Source: Longimicrobiales bacterium
GTDB lineage: Bacteria; Gemmatimonadota; Gemmatimonadetes; Longimicrobiales; Gaopeijiaceae
Direction: 5' to 3'
NCBI GenBank assembly: GCA_965219445.1
Contig: CBDCNQ010000005.1
Span: forward strand, 192,001-256,000
DNA length: 64,000 bases
Shown: positions 1 through 9,681 of the stretch, piece by piece
Position numbering within the stretch: the stretch's first letter is position 1
How the letters are laid out: each line of letters opens with the position of its first letter
Translations under genes and position numbers: made by a program
The notes under the pieces: model-generated
What the model was told of the DNA's origin: nothing
What the model saw: only the letters and a program-made list of their open reading frames with translations
Databases searched by the model: none

Positions 1-37
1 TAGGGGTGGTGGGCGATTCACGATCATTGAGGGAAGT

Positions 38-781
38 ATGGATGCATTGACGTTTGGAGCTGTGGCGGCGGCGGTCGCTCTCGTGGGCTTCTTCTTGGGA
101 AGAATGACGGGTCGGACCCCGCGGGGATCGATCGGTGGGGCGCCGGCTCGTTCCTCGGCGTCCGGCGAACCCACCGAGGCCGACGAGGTGTTCCGCCTAG
201 CACTTTCTCGCATCGGTGCTTACCTGCGCGACAACGTGGACGCTCCACTTGCCGCAGCGTTCCAGGACCGTAGCCTCTCGCTCAGGCGAGCAGCCGAAGA
301 TGCCGTGGCCGCGATCGATGATCTCCACTTTTTCTTGGAGGATCCGGCCGGTGAGATCAGCGAGGACGATCTCACCCGAATCGTCAAGGACGCGGTCCAG
401 GCTTACGAATCGGAATGGGACATCTCTGTACTCTTTTCGTCCAAGGGGGCGGTCCCCGTCCGTGTGAACCCTGAAGCGCTTCTCGACGCACTGTACCTGG
501 TTCTTCATAACGCCGCGGTTTTCGCTGACGGTAAGGGCATCGTGTCGACCGTCTCGAGCGATGGAGAGTGGGGTCGAGTGCTCGTCCAGGACGAGGGTCC
601 GGGGTTCTCAGCCGAGGCGTTGTCCAAGGCGTATGATCCCTTCTATACGACCTCGGAAGGAGGGTTGGGGCTGGGGCTCTCACACGCCCGGCGGGCCGTG
701 GAGCTACAAGGTGGACTCATCCATTTGCGGAACCGCCCCGAGGGGGGAGCGGAAGTGGAGATCTCGGTTCCCTTGGCCTAA
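38..781 (+). CDS. Membrane-anchored sensor histidine kinase-like protein (HATPase_c domain)
   Basis: N-terminal TM helix; N box (LVLHNA), G1 (VQDEGPGF), F box (YDPFYTT), G2 (GLGLGLS). The H-box region is atypical. Confidence 0.8.
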   Translation: MDALTFGAVAAAVALVGFFLGRMTGRTPRGSIGGAPARSSASGEPTEADEVFRLALSRIGAYLRDNVDAPLAAAFQDRSLSLRRAAEDAVAAIDDLHFFLEDPAGEISEDDLTRIVKDAVQAYESEWDISVLFSSKGAVPVRVNPEALLDALYLVLHNAAVFADGKGIVSTVSSDGEWGRVLVQDEGPGFSAEALSKAYDPFYTTSEGGLGLGLSHARRAVELQGGLIHLRNRPEGGAEVEISVPLA

Positions 782-786
782 GACCC

Positions 787-3012
787 TCACGGCCGCACGC
801 GAATCCTCATCCCTGCGGTCAGCCGTCTCGGGTGGCCGGGCGTGAGGAACCGTTCGACCTCCTCGACTGGTCCGCGCACATTGTTGGATAGGATGCCGAA
901 GGTTCGGTAGTCGTTGTCGAGGAGGTTGGAAGCTCGCAAGTAGAAGAGGACGGTCCCGATATTCCTCTCTACGCTCGCGTCCAAGATCGCGTACCCATGG
1001 AGCTTTCCAGCTCTTGCGTCGTTCCCTTCATCCCCTACCAGAAACTGCCTCCCCACCCAGGCTCCGTTGACTTCGATGGCGCTTTCGTTCGTGTCGTAAC
1101 GCAGACCGACGCTCGCTGTAAGGCTTGGAACCATTGGGAATCGGTCTCCGGGCTCCACCTGGGGCGCGGTGGGACCGTCACCGACATCCGGGTCCCCGGC
1201 CCCGCCGTCCCCGTCGTCGTCATCGAGGAAGGGCGCTGACAGAACGGCCTCTGACTCGAAGGTCGCTCGGGTCCAGCCCATCGCCGCTTGGAGCGTCAGC
1301 GGTGATACACGCGCGAACGGAATGAACGCCAGCGAGGCCTCCAAGCCCAAGCGGCGGGTTCGGTCGAGATTCGTGAAGAATCCGCGCGTGGGCGTATCGA
1401 GGTCGGTGACGTTGAAAATGTCGTCATGGACCTCGGACCAGAACGCTGTGACCTCGGCCTGGGCGCGGGTCTTGACCAACCGAAATCCGGCTTGCCAGGT
1501 ATCCGATGTGACGGGTTTCAACGGGGGATCGGGTCCGAGCTCGAACGGAAGCTGGCACGGGTCCTCGGGGTCGGCGCACATCACTTCGAGAATTACGGGC
1601 GCGCGAAATGCTCGACCATAGCTTGCGAAGGCATTCCAGGCACGGCCGAGACGTATGTTCGGGCCGACCCCACCTGACCACTGCGAGAACGTGTTCCGGC
1701 CACTTCCCGATGGATCGAGGAGGTCCCGCACCGGGAGTCTGACATGATCGAAGCGAAGGGAGCCGTACAGCGAGACAGTTTCAAGAGCCCTCCACCAGAC
1801 CTCGCCAAACGCACCGACGTTGTTTTCGTCGGTCTCGAGGTGCTCTGTGGTGGCCGGGATGACGGAAGGAAATGCCGGGTTGGGGAGTTCGCGGATCTTT
1901 ATTTCCACGTCGTTTCGCGTCCACTCGACGCCCGACGTGGCCAACAAGCCATCGGTGGGCTCGTAGCTCATCTGTGCAGAAGAACCCAACGTGCGGATGT
2001 CCGTAAGGCCCAGCGCATTGGGTTCGGTGATGTTGTCGTTCGCCTGACGGAAGTCGGCCAGGCGCCCGTATGAGCTTGCCTGAAGGGTCCAGTTGTCACT
2101 GATTCGCCGCTCGAGCCGCCCGCTCAGGAAGTGAAGGAGGGGAACGAAGCGATCGCCGGAGCCCCCCGTGTACTGAAGCTCCCGGCGATCGTCAGGAGGG
2201 TTGGTGATGTCGGGAGGGAGCGGGCCGCCATTCAGCCAGGACTTAGGCAGTGGGCCTGGACCCTCCAGTCGGTGGGAGGCGAACGAATAAGAGAGCCACC
2301 CGTCTGTCCTTTCTCCGCGCCCGCCGATTTTGGCGAAGATGCTGCGCTCCACCCTGCTGCTCAACTGTCTCCAGCCGTCGGACTCGTCGTACGAAGCTGT
2401 CACGAGTCCGTCGAAGCTACCGACGGATTCCGACGCTCTGGCGGTTCCTCTCAAGGTGCCGAAGGAACCGCCTTCCAGCTCGATGTCGATCGATCCCTCC
2501 CCTCCTCGTAGTGTGACGATGTTGAGTGCTCCGGCCAGAGAGTTTCGTCCGAACGCGCCCACCGAACCGCGGATCAGCTCGACCCGCTCGACGGCGCCCC
2601 CAGGGATCAACGAGAGGTGCACTTGTGACGCGTCCGCTTCATTTACCCGCACCCCGTCGACGAACACGCTTACGCCTTGAGGGACGCCGACGATCGGCGA
2701 GAGCGCGAAACCGCGTAGGCGAATATCGGGTTGGGAAGGGCTACCCGTTTGGTTCGTAAGGTTGAGCCCGGCGGATCCCGAGAGCGCGTTGGCGACCGAG
2801 GAACCCGTCGCCCCGTGTACGTTGGATCCCGTGACGATCTGAACCGGGAACGGCACATCGGCGACGGGCACGGACCCAGTCCTCAGACGAACCACCTCGA
2901 CCCTCAACTCCGGCAACGCCAGGACCGAGTCGGCGCGTACGGAAGCCGAAGGGTCCTGCGCCGTGAGGGGGCTTGAGACACCCACGGCCAGGCAGATCGC
3001 TCTCGCCGTCAC
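787..3012 (-). CDS. TonB-dependent receptor
   Basis: Plug motifs (DIRLRGF, VSVFVDGVRVN, VERVELIRG, LAGALNIVT) and barrel C-terminus (ASNLLDNDY...PGHPRRLTAGMRI). Start re-called at GTG 3012, overlapping the ctaA stop (GTGA). Confidence 0.88.
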   Translation of the reverse strand: MTARAICLAVGVSSPLTAQDPSASVRADSVLALPELRVEVVRLRTGSVPVADVPFPVQIVTGSNVHGATGSSVANALSGSAGLNLTNQTGSPSQPDIRLRGFALSPIVGVPQGVSVFVDGVRVNEADASQVHLSLIPGGAVERVELIRGSVGAFGRNSLAGALNIVTLRGGEGSIDIELEGGSFGTLRGTARASESVGSFDGLVTASYDESDGWRQLSSRVERSIFAKIGGRGERTDGWLSYSFASHRLEGPGPLPKSWLNGGPLPPDITNPPDDRRELQYTGGSGDRFVPLLHFLSGRLERRISDNWTLQASSYGRLADFRQANDNITEPNALGLTDIRTLGSSAQMSYEPTDGLLATSGVEWTRNDVEIKIRELPNPAFPSVIPATTEHLETDENNVGAFGEVWWRALETVSLYGSLRFDHVRLPVRDLLDPSGSGRNTFSQWSGGVGPNIRLGRAWNAFASYGRAFRAPVILEVMCADPEDPCQLPFELGPDPPLKPVTSDTWQAGFRLVKTRAQAEVTAFWSEVHDDIFNVTDLDTPTRGFFTNLDRTRRLGLEASLAFIPFARVSPLTLQAAMGWTRATFESEAVLSAPFLDDDDGDGGAGDPDVGDGPTAPQVEPGDRFPMVPSLTASVGLRYDTNESAIEVNGAWVGRQFLVGDEGNDARAGKLHGYAILDASVERNIGTVLFYLRASNLLDNDYRTFGILSNNVRGPVEEVERFLTPGHPRRLTAGMRIRVRP

Positions 3013-3959
3013 TCCGACACCGTCATTCCGAGCTCGAAGGGCTCGCTCTGGACGCCCGAGGCGCCCGAGGGGTTGGCGGGTGCCCAGGTCATCACCGCCA
3101 CGCCGACCGTAAGAGTGAGGAGAGTCGCGGCAAGGAGCGTGTGAAAGGACACGGGTACGACGGCCAGCCGTGTATACACAGAGAAGAAGCCAAGAAGCAC
3201 CTGTAGCGTCACGAGCCCGCTTGCCGAGACCGCCAAGGTCCGTGCGGCGGAAGGACCTAGAGTCCGCACGGCCCGGACCGTGAGGGCCAGCAACGTGATC
3301 AAGAGGAGTAACCCGGTGACGCGATGGCCGAAGTGCGCGGCGACGGTCGCGGCCTGCAGAGGCGGAATCCACTGCCCGAGGCAAAGAGGAACGTCGGGGC
3401 ACACCAGCCCCGCATCCATGTGGCGGACGGCGGCTCCGAGGACCGACTGGAAAAACGTGAGGACCGCACCGGACACGGCCAGGGTCCTCAGGCCCACGAG
3501 GTGGTTGCCCGCGCCACTCCCCCCAATCCAGCCTGGCGAGGTGACCACAGTCAGGCCCGTCACCAATGCGAGAAAGAGGAAAGCCAACGCGAGATGCGTG
3601 GTCGAAACCGCATCCGGAAGCCCCATAAGCACCGTGAGTCCGCCGAAGAGGCTTTGGATAAGCAAGAGTCCGATTCCGGCTAGCGTCCACCTACGAATCA
3701 CTGGGCGACGGGCCTCTGGTCTCCAGGCCATATACGTCGCGGCGATGAAGATCAGAACGAGGCCCCCGGCCACGAGGCGGTGCAGATGTTCCCAGAAAAC
3801 GCCGCCGGTCATTTCGGGTAACATCGTCCCGTAACAGGTGGGCCAATCCGGGCAAGCGAGGCTCGACCCGGTAGCGTGAACGACGCTGCCGAGGAACAAC
3901 AACCCGAGCGTCCACACCGTAGTGATGTAAAATGCTCTATAATGTTGTGCTGTGTTCAT
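3009..3959 (-). CDS. ctaA: Heme A synthase (COX15/CtaA family)
   Basis: LACPDWPTC, EHLHR, second C-x-x-x-x-x-C (CPDVPLC), HFGHR; multiple TM helices. Confidence 0.9.
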   Translation of the reverse strand: MNTAQHYRAFYITTVWTLGLLFLGSVVHATGSSLACPDWPTCYGTMLPEMTGGVFWEHLHRLVAGGLVLIFIAATYMAWRPEARRPVIRRWTLAGIGLLLIQSLFGGLTVLMGLPDAVSTTHLALAFLFLALVTGLTVVTSPGWIGGSGAGNHLVGLRTLAVSGAVLTFFQSVLGAAVRHMDAGLVCPDVPLCLGQWIPPLQAATVAAHFGHRVTGLLLLITLLALTVRAVRTLGPSAARTLAVSASGLVTLQVLLGFFSVYTRLAVVPVSFHTLLAATLLTLTVGVAVMTWAPANPSGASGVQSEPFELGMTVSE

Positions 3960-4053
3960 TCCGGATTCTCGCTTAGGTGTCGGCTTGGAATCAACCCTCT
4001 CGACGATAGGTCACCCATCCATCCATGGCTCGATTAACTAAAAGGGCGCTCGA

Positions 4054-5829
4054 GTGTCGCACCCCGAGCGTCTGACCCCCAAGGGGACCCTCGAGTTTCT
4101 CCGGCGGTTGGGTCCCCGGGTAGGTCCGTACCGGGCACCGCTTGTGCTGGCCGGTGTCCTGATGTTCTGCAGTGTGAGCATTGGTCTGGCGTTCCCACTG
4201 ATCGTCCGGGAACTCCTCGACGCCGCGTTCGAGGCTCAAGATTCAGCGCTCCTCAACCGTGTCGCCATCGGGTTGCTCTCAATGTTCGCCGCATTGGCGG
4301 TGATCAATTTCTTTCAAAGCTATCTGACCGCTTCGGTATCGGAGAAGGTCGTGGCTGATCTCCGCAGCGACCTCTTCGGCAGTCTCGTCTATCAGCCGCC
4401 CGGATTTTTCGCGAGCCGAAGAGTCGGCGAGCTCTCTTCTCGGCTCGCTTCGGACTCGGGCTTGATCCAAGGCGTTCTTCGCTTCGGTGTTCCGGAGATT
4501 ATCAGGCAGGTGGTGTTCCTGATCGGGGCCCTGGTGTTGGTGACGATCACGCATCCGCGACTCACGCTGGTTACACTGACCGCGATTCCATTCGCAGCCC
4601 TGGTGGGTTGGTTCTTCGGGCTCAGGGTGAGGCGTCTGAGCACGCGTATTCAGGATCGCCTGGCCGATGCGGTTGCGAGGGCCGAACAGGTGTTCACTCA
4701 GATTCGCACGGTCCAGAGCTTTACCCGTGAGCCCTTCGAGACCGAGGCGTACGTGGGAGCGGTCAACCGGGCACGTGACGAAGGACTCCGGAGAGCGATG
4801 GCACGGGCCAGCCTCACCGGGGCGGTCACGTTCGCGGCGTTTGGCGCCGTGGTCGTGGTGCTGTGGGAAGGTGGGCGCCTGGTCTTGGCGGGGGCATTGA
4901 GCCCGGGGACCCTCGTGGCCTTCCTCCTCTACGCCGTCACGATCTCGGGCGCGATCACGTCCCTTGCGGGATTCTGGGGCAACCTCCAAGAGGCCGCAGG
5001 TGCGGCGCGACGCATCTTCGAGATCTTGGACCAACCCGTGGCAATCGAGTCGCCCACCAACCCCAGGCCGTTGCCGACGCCCGGGCGCGGCGTGGTCCGC
5101 TACGAGGGTGTCACGTTCCGCTACGAGCCTGACCTCCCTAGGGTCTTGGACGGAATCGATCTCCTTCTTGATGAGGGGGCGACGGTGGCTCTCGTGGGGA
5201 GCTCGGGCTCAGGCAAGAGCACGCTTGCCTCGCTGATTCCGCGCTTCTTCGATGTCGAGGAGGGCTCGGTTACGTTCGACGGAGTCGATGTCCGAGACCT
5301 GGCTCTCGATGATCTGCGGAGCCAGGTCGGGATCGTTCCACAGGAGCCCATGCTTTTCGGGGGGACGGTTCGTGAGAACCTCGTGTATGGAAATCTCGAT
5401 GCGGGCCAGGCGGAGATCGAGGAGGCTGCGCGGGCCGCTCACGCGGCCGAGTTCATCGAGACTTTCCCCGACGGTTATGATCAGGTCGTTGGCGAGCGGG
5501 GTGTGACGCTCAGTGCCGGACAGAGGCAGCGGATCGCCATCGCCCGTGTGATGCTCGAGCGACCAAGGCTCCTGATCCTCGACGAGGCCTCGAGCAGCCT
5601 CGACTCGGAAAGCGAGGCATTGGTCCAGGATGCGCTGGAGCACCTGATGCGGGGGCGGACCACTCTGGTTATCGCTCACCGCCTCTCGACCGTGATCCGG
5701 TCAGATCGGATTCTGGTTCTCGATCAAGGCAGGATCGTCGATGAGGGATCGCACCCGGAGTTACTCGATCGGAGCGAAGTGTACGATCGGCTCTACCGCC
5801 CTCAGACGCACGAGCCGGCCTTCCCGTGA
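4054..5829 (+). CDS. Fused ABC exporter (TMD + ATPase, MsbA-like)
   Basis: Walker A GSSGSGKST, signature LSAGQRQR, LILDEASS, IAHRLST; N-terminal TM domain. Confidence 0.93.
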   Translation: MSHPERLTPKGTLEFLRRLGPRVGPYRAPLVLAGVLMFCSVSIGLAFPLIVRELLDAAFEAQDSALLNRVAIGLLSMFAALAVINFFQSYLTASVSEKVVADLRSDLFGSLVYQPPGFFASRRVGELSSRLASDSGLIQGVLRFGVPEIIRQVVFLIGALVLVTITHPRLTLVTLTAIPFAALVGWFFGLRVRRLSTRIQDRLADAVARAEQVFTQIRTVQSFTREPFETEAYVGAVNRARDEGLRRAMARASLTGAVTFAAFGAVVVVLWEGGRLVLAGALSPGTLVAFLLYAVTISGAITSLAGFWGNLQEAAGAARRIFEILDQPVAIESPTNPRPLPTPGRGVVRYEGVTFRYEPDLPRVLDGIDLLLDEGATVALVGSSGSGKSTLASLIPRFFDVEEGSVTFDGVDVRDLALDDLRSQVGIVPQEPMLFGGTVRENLVYGNLDAGQAEIEEAARAAHAAEFIETFPDGYDQVVGERGVTLSAGQRQRIAIARVMLERPRLLILDEASSSLDSESEALVQDALEHLMRGRTTLVIAHRLSTVIRSDRILVLDQGRIVDEGSHPELLDRSEVYDRLYRPQTHEPAFP

Positions 5830-5875
5830 GGTCACGGTCCTGATGCCAGGTCAGGCTTCGTAAGCGTGTCCCGCC

Positions 5876-7852
5876 TTACGCGTGTCCCGCCGGTTCGCGA
5901 ATGGGGGCCGACGTAGGCTCTGCCCGCGACTCGGCGGAATCCGCACCCCCTTGGGAACTCTCGCTCGCGGCTCCACTATCCGGCGGCGGCATCCAGTCGG
6001 TGGTGACCAGCCCCTCCTCCAGCCACTCGAACGTTCCCTTCATCGCGTTCTGTGCGACGCGGTACGTCGCGGCGTCGTCGTTGGCGAAGAGGTGGTCGAA
6101 ACGCTCTCGGATACGCGTTCGAGCTTGGCGGCAGAATAGGTCCGCGAGTTCGTACGGAGACCGGTCGCTCGGGTTCTTGTCGACCAGGGCCTTCGCGTGC
6201 ACGATCGTGGCCACCATGACGAAGAGTTCGGCTCCGACCTCGACAATCCGGCCGAGGACCGCCTGTTTGCGCTCTAGGCCAGGGCCGAAGCGGATCATCG
6301 CGTAAAAGATGGAGCGCGCGAGGCGTCCTGCCGCCCGACTCGCGTAGCGCAGGTGCTTGGCCAGGGGTCCGAACTCCCGATAGCGAGGCCACCGACCCCA
6401 TGTGAGCCAGCGGCTCGGATACCACACGGCGTAGTGGAGTCCCGCGCGGAGTAGAGCCGCGACGCGCCTGCCGATGGGGGCCTTGGGATCGATCAGGTCT
6501 CCGGCGACGCTCAGGTGACTGTCGACGGCCTCCCGGGCGATGAACAGCCGCATGATCTCACTGGACCCTTCGAAAATGAGGTTGATACGCGAGTCCCGGA
6601 AGCCCCGCTCCAGTGGATACGGATGCTCACCGCGCTCCCGCAATGAGTCGGCTCTTTCGTAGCCCCTGCCTCCCCGGATCTGAATCGCGTCGTCGAACAC
6701 TTTGAAGCTGACTTCGCTGTTCCACATCTTCGCGATAGCCGCCTCCAGACGAATGTCGAAGGTCTTGGCGTCGGCCATCAGGGCGGTGAGTTCGACCACG
6801 GAGTCGAGCGCGAAGGTATTGGCCGCCATCTTGCCCAGCATCTGTGCAACCGCTCCGTGCTTGCCGACCGGCGCTCCCCACTGGAAGCGCTCGCTGGCCC
6901 ACTGGCGGCTCACGAGGAGGGCGGCTTTGGCTCCGCCGGCACAGAACGCGGGAATCGACAGGCGGCCCGTGTTCAGCGTGATCAGGGCGAGCTTCAGGCC
7001 CTTGCCCTCACCCCAGAGCAGGTTCTCCTTCGGGATTTTCACGTTGTTGAACGTCAACACGCCGTTGGACAGGCCGTTGAGCCCCATGAACGAACAGGTC
7101 TGTATGACCTCGACACCCTCCCACGCCGTTTCGACGATGAAGGCCGTGATTGGACGGCGGCCCCTTACGCCCTCCCTCACCGGTGTGCGAACCATGACCA
7201 CGATGATATCCGCCCGTGGTCCGTTGGTGCACCAGAGCTTCGTCCCGTTCAGAATCCAGTGCTCGCCGTCGTCGGACAGCTCGGCGTGCGTTGAGAGATT
7301 GGCTGGATCAGAGCCGACATCCTGCTCGGTCAAGGCGAACGCGGACAGCTCTCCTCCGGCCAAACGCGGCAAGTATTTGCGCTTCTGTTCTTCCGTGCCG
7401 AAATACAAGAGCGGCTGGGGGACCCCAATCGACTGATGAGCCGAGAGAAACGCCCCTGTTGACGCGCATCGGCTACCCACGATGGCTAGAGCCTTGTTGT
7501 ACTGATACTGTGAGAGCCCGAGTCCGCCATATTCGATCGGGATCTTGATCCCGAATGCGCCGATCTCCGCCAAGCCCTCGAGCACTTCCTGTGGCACCCA
7601 CCGGTCCCGATCAATGGCGTCGCCGTCGATGTGGGTGCGGGTGAACTCCTCCAACTTCTCGAGGAACGGTTGGGCGCGGGCTTCCACCTCCGGATCCGGC
7701 TCGGGCAGCGGATGGACGAGGGAAAGGTCCAGGTTTCCGTTGTAGAGTCCCCGAGCGAAGCTCCTATTCTTCCACTCGGCTTCGCGAGCGGACTCTGCTA
7801 CTTGGCGGGCTTCCTGCTCGGTGGCGAGGCTCTCTTCGGATTTATGAGACAT
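5876..7852 (-). CDS. Acyl-CoA dehydrogenase (long form)
   Basis: AFALTE...GSD, LNGTKLWCTNG, IQIRGGRGY, IFEGSSEI; start re-called at ATG 7852. Confidence 0.92.
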   Translation of the reverse strand: MSHKSEESLATEQEARQVAESAREAEWKNRSFARGLYNGNLDLSLVHPLPEPDPEVEARAQPFLEKLEEFTRTHIDGDAIDRDRWVPQEVLEGLAEIGAFGIKIPIEYGGLGLSQYQYNKALAIVGSRCASTGAFLSAHQSIGVPQPLLYFGTEEQKRKYLPRLAGGELSAFALTEQDVGSDPANLSTHAELSDDGEHWILNGTKLWCTNGPRADIIVVMVRTPVREGVRGRRPITAFIVETAWEGVEVIQTCSFMGLNGLSNGVLTFNNVKIPKENLLWGEGKGLKLALITLNTGRLSIPAFCAGGAKAALLVSRQWASERFQWGAPVGKHGAVAQMLGKMAANTFALDSVVELTALMADAKTFDIRLEAAIAKMWNSEVSFKVFDDAIQIRGGRGYERADSLRERGEHPYPLERGFRDSRINLIFEGSSEIMRLFIAREAVDSHLSVAGDLIDPKAPIGRRVAALLRAGLHYAVWYPSRWLTWGRWPRYREFGPLAKHLRYASRAAGRLARSIFYAMIRFGPGLERKQAVLGRIVEVGAELFVMVATIVHAKALVDKNPSDRSPYELADLFCRQARTRIRERFDHLFANDDAATYRVAQNAMKGTFEWLEEGLVTTDWMPPPDSGAASESSQGGADSAESRAEPTSAPIREPAGHA

Positions 7853-7994
7853 CGTGGAACCCCCCGTTTTCGGGCCGGGCGGGAGTCGACTTGCGATCTC
7901 GCTATACTCTAAATCTAACCCCGAAGGACGCGGTGCGGTTCTCCTTATTGAGTCAGACCGTCGGATCTGGCCCATCTCCTGCCGCGTGAGTTAT

Positions 7995-9176
7995 TCAGTC
8001 TCGGATGAACTCGTCTATCTCGTCGGCGCGCGCCTCCGCGTCCGCTTCGCCGAGTTCGATGAGTCGGCCGATGTAATCCGGCTGGAAGAGCACCATGCTC
8101 AGAAAGTCTGGACTCTTGGTCTGCCTGGTACCGAGGCCGCGCGTGAGGAATCGGAACGTCTTGGGTAGCTGAGGCTCGAACTCGTTGGCAAGGCGCCCCA
8201 GATCGACGGAGGGTCGCAGGACCAGCAACCTTACGGGCCGCAGGTCACCCCTGTCTTCGGGTGGCACTTTTTCGAGCACGTGGTTCAAGCGCTCCAGTCG
8301 GAGCGCGTCCTGATCCAGAAAATCGAGGAACACCGAGTTGAGGAGGACACCCAGAACCTGAGCGGGAGGGGGGTAACCCATGACGTCGGGAAGCCGAGCC
8401 TCGGCCGCGGTTCGGTTGTACCGGGTGGAGATCGCCAGGATTTTCTCCGCGCCGAGATGAATGGCGGGCGCAAGTGGAGTCAATTGCCGCACGCCGCCGT
8501 CTCCGAAAAATTCGTCGCCGACTTCGACGGCCGGAAAGAACAGGGGAAGGGCCGATGACGCCATGACGTGATCGAGGGTCAACACGGTCTGTTGGGACCG
8601 ACGTTGGGGACGTGTCCAGTCGTTGAGGTCTTGTCCCTGAATCCACGTAAGTGACTGCCCGGTCGTGTAGCTCGAAGTCGTAAGGGCGACCGCCTTGAGC
8701 CTTCCCAGTGCCAAATTGTATTGGATGCCCGTCAGCTCGCCGTCGACGGCATGTAACACTTCGGACAGGTAGTTCCTGAGGGGTGTCGTATCCACCAGGC
8801 CCCGCACGCGGGCCGCACCGCCCACCCCTCCCGATAGGAGCTGGAAAATCCACCGCAGACCAATCCACGTCAGCGAAGGCGCGTCGACCCGAAACACCTC
8901 CTCTACGGTCAAGCGCCGCCAGAGGGAAACCAACTCCCCCACGGCTTGGGCGAAGGAGCCGTGATGGGAAGCCAAGTGCGCGGCGTTGATTCCGCCAGAG
9001 GACACACCCGTGACGATGGGCACTTTGAGATCCGGGTACTGCCGGGCGAGGTAGCAAAGAAAACCAACCTGATAGGCCGCTCTCGCTCCACCGCCACCCA
9101 TCACCAGGCCAACGTCGGGACCGGCCGGCGAGGCGGTAGCCGCCGGGGATGTCTGGGTCTCGGGTAGCGTGGTCAT
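7995..9176 (-). CDS. Patatin-like phospholipase
   Basis: GGGARAAY, GVSSG nucleophile motif, DGG. Confidence 0.92.
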   Translation of the reverse strand: MTTLPETQTSPAATASPAGPDVGLVMGGGGARAAYQVGFLCYLARQYPDLKVPIVTGVSSGGINAAHLASHHGSFAQAVGELVSLWRRLTVEEVFRVDAPSLTWIGLRWIFQLLSGGVGGAARVRGLVDTTPLRNYLSEVLHAVDGELTGIQYNLALGRLKAVALTTSSYTTGQSLTWIQGQDLNDWTRPQRRSQQTVLTLDHVMASSALPLFFPAVEVGDEFFGDGGVRQLTPLAPAIHLGAEKILAISTRYNRTAAEARLPDVMGYPPPAQVLGVLLNSVFLDFLDQDALRLERLNHVLEKVPPEDRGDLRPVRLLVLRPSVDLGRLANEFEPQLPKTFRFLTRGLGTRQTKSPDFLSMVLFQPDYIGRLIELGEADAEARADEIDEFIRD

Positions 9177-9202
9177 CCGTTGTCTTCGTACGGGGTCTGG
9201 GC

Positions 9203-9294
9203 CTCAGCCGACAATCTCAGCCTCAGCCTCCAATCTAAACCTCACCCGACAACAGCCGACAATCTAAAGCTCAGCCGACAACAGGGCGCCCGAT
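9203..9294. repeat. Short imperfect tandem repeats (CTCAGCCGACAA / CAATCTAAA units)
   Basis: CAGCCGACAA-like units occur about four times between the patatin start and the stop of the upstream membrane gene. Confidence 0.6.
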
Positions 9295-9663
9295 GGCCAA
9301 GATTCCAGCGGCGATCATTCCCAGCGCCGCGAGTGCTCCGACGCCGTGGGCAAGATAAGACTTCAGTTCCTCCGGCCTACGGCGCATGACCGACACTGGA
9401 ATCTGCGCGGACGCTCCCGCGAACAGCATCATGAAGATGTGTCCCGTCAGCGCTGGCTGGAACATGCCCGAGAACAACAGAGCGAGCCCGAGAAGGATCT
9501 GGAGATGTATAGTGCCGACAAAGCTGGAAGCCAAGATCCTTATCGTCTTGTCATAGGCCCGACCCGAAGCCACCCCGTAACTCGCGTAGAGAACGGTCAA
9601 GACACCTCCGAGGAGGATCAGGTAGCGGAGGCCTGAGTGCGCATTCAGCAGGAAATTACTCAT
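9271..9663 (-). CDS. Small 4-TM membrane protein, function unknown
   Basis: Hydrophobic helices with conserved-looking His residues (HSGLRY, HLQILLG, GHIFMM). Confidence 0.75.
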   Translation of the reverse strand: MSNFLLNAHSGLRYLILLGGVLTVLYASYGVASGRAYDKTIRILASSFVGTIHLQILLGLALLFSGMFQPALTGHIFMMLFAGASAQIPVSVMRRRPEELKSYLAHGVGALAALGMIAAGILAIGRPVVG

Positions 9664-9681
9664 CGTTTGGGCTCATCTCGG

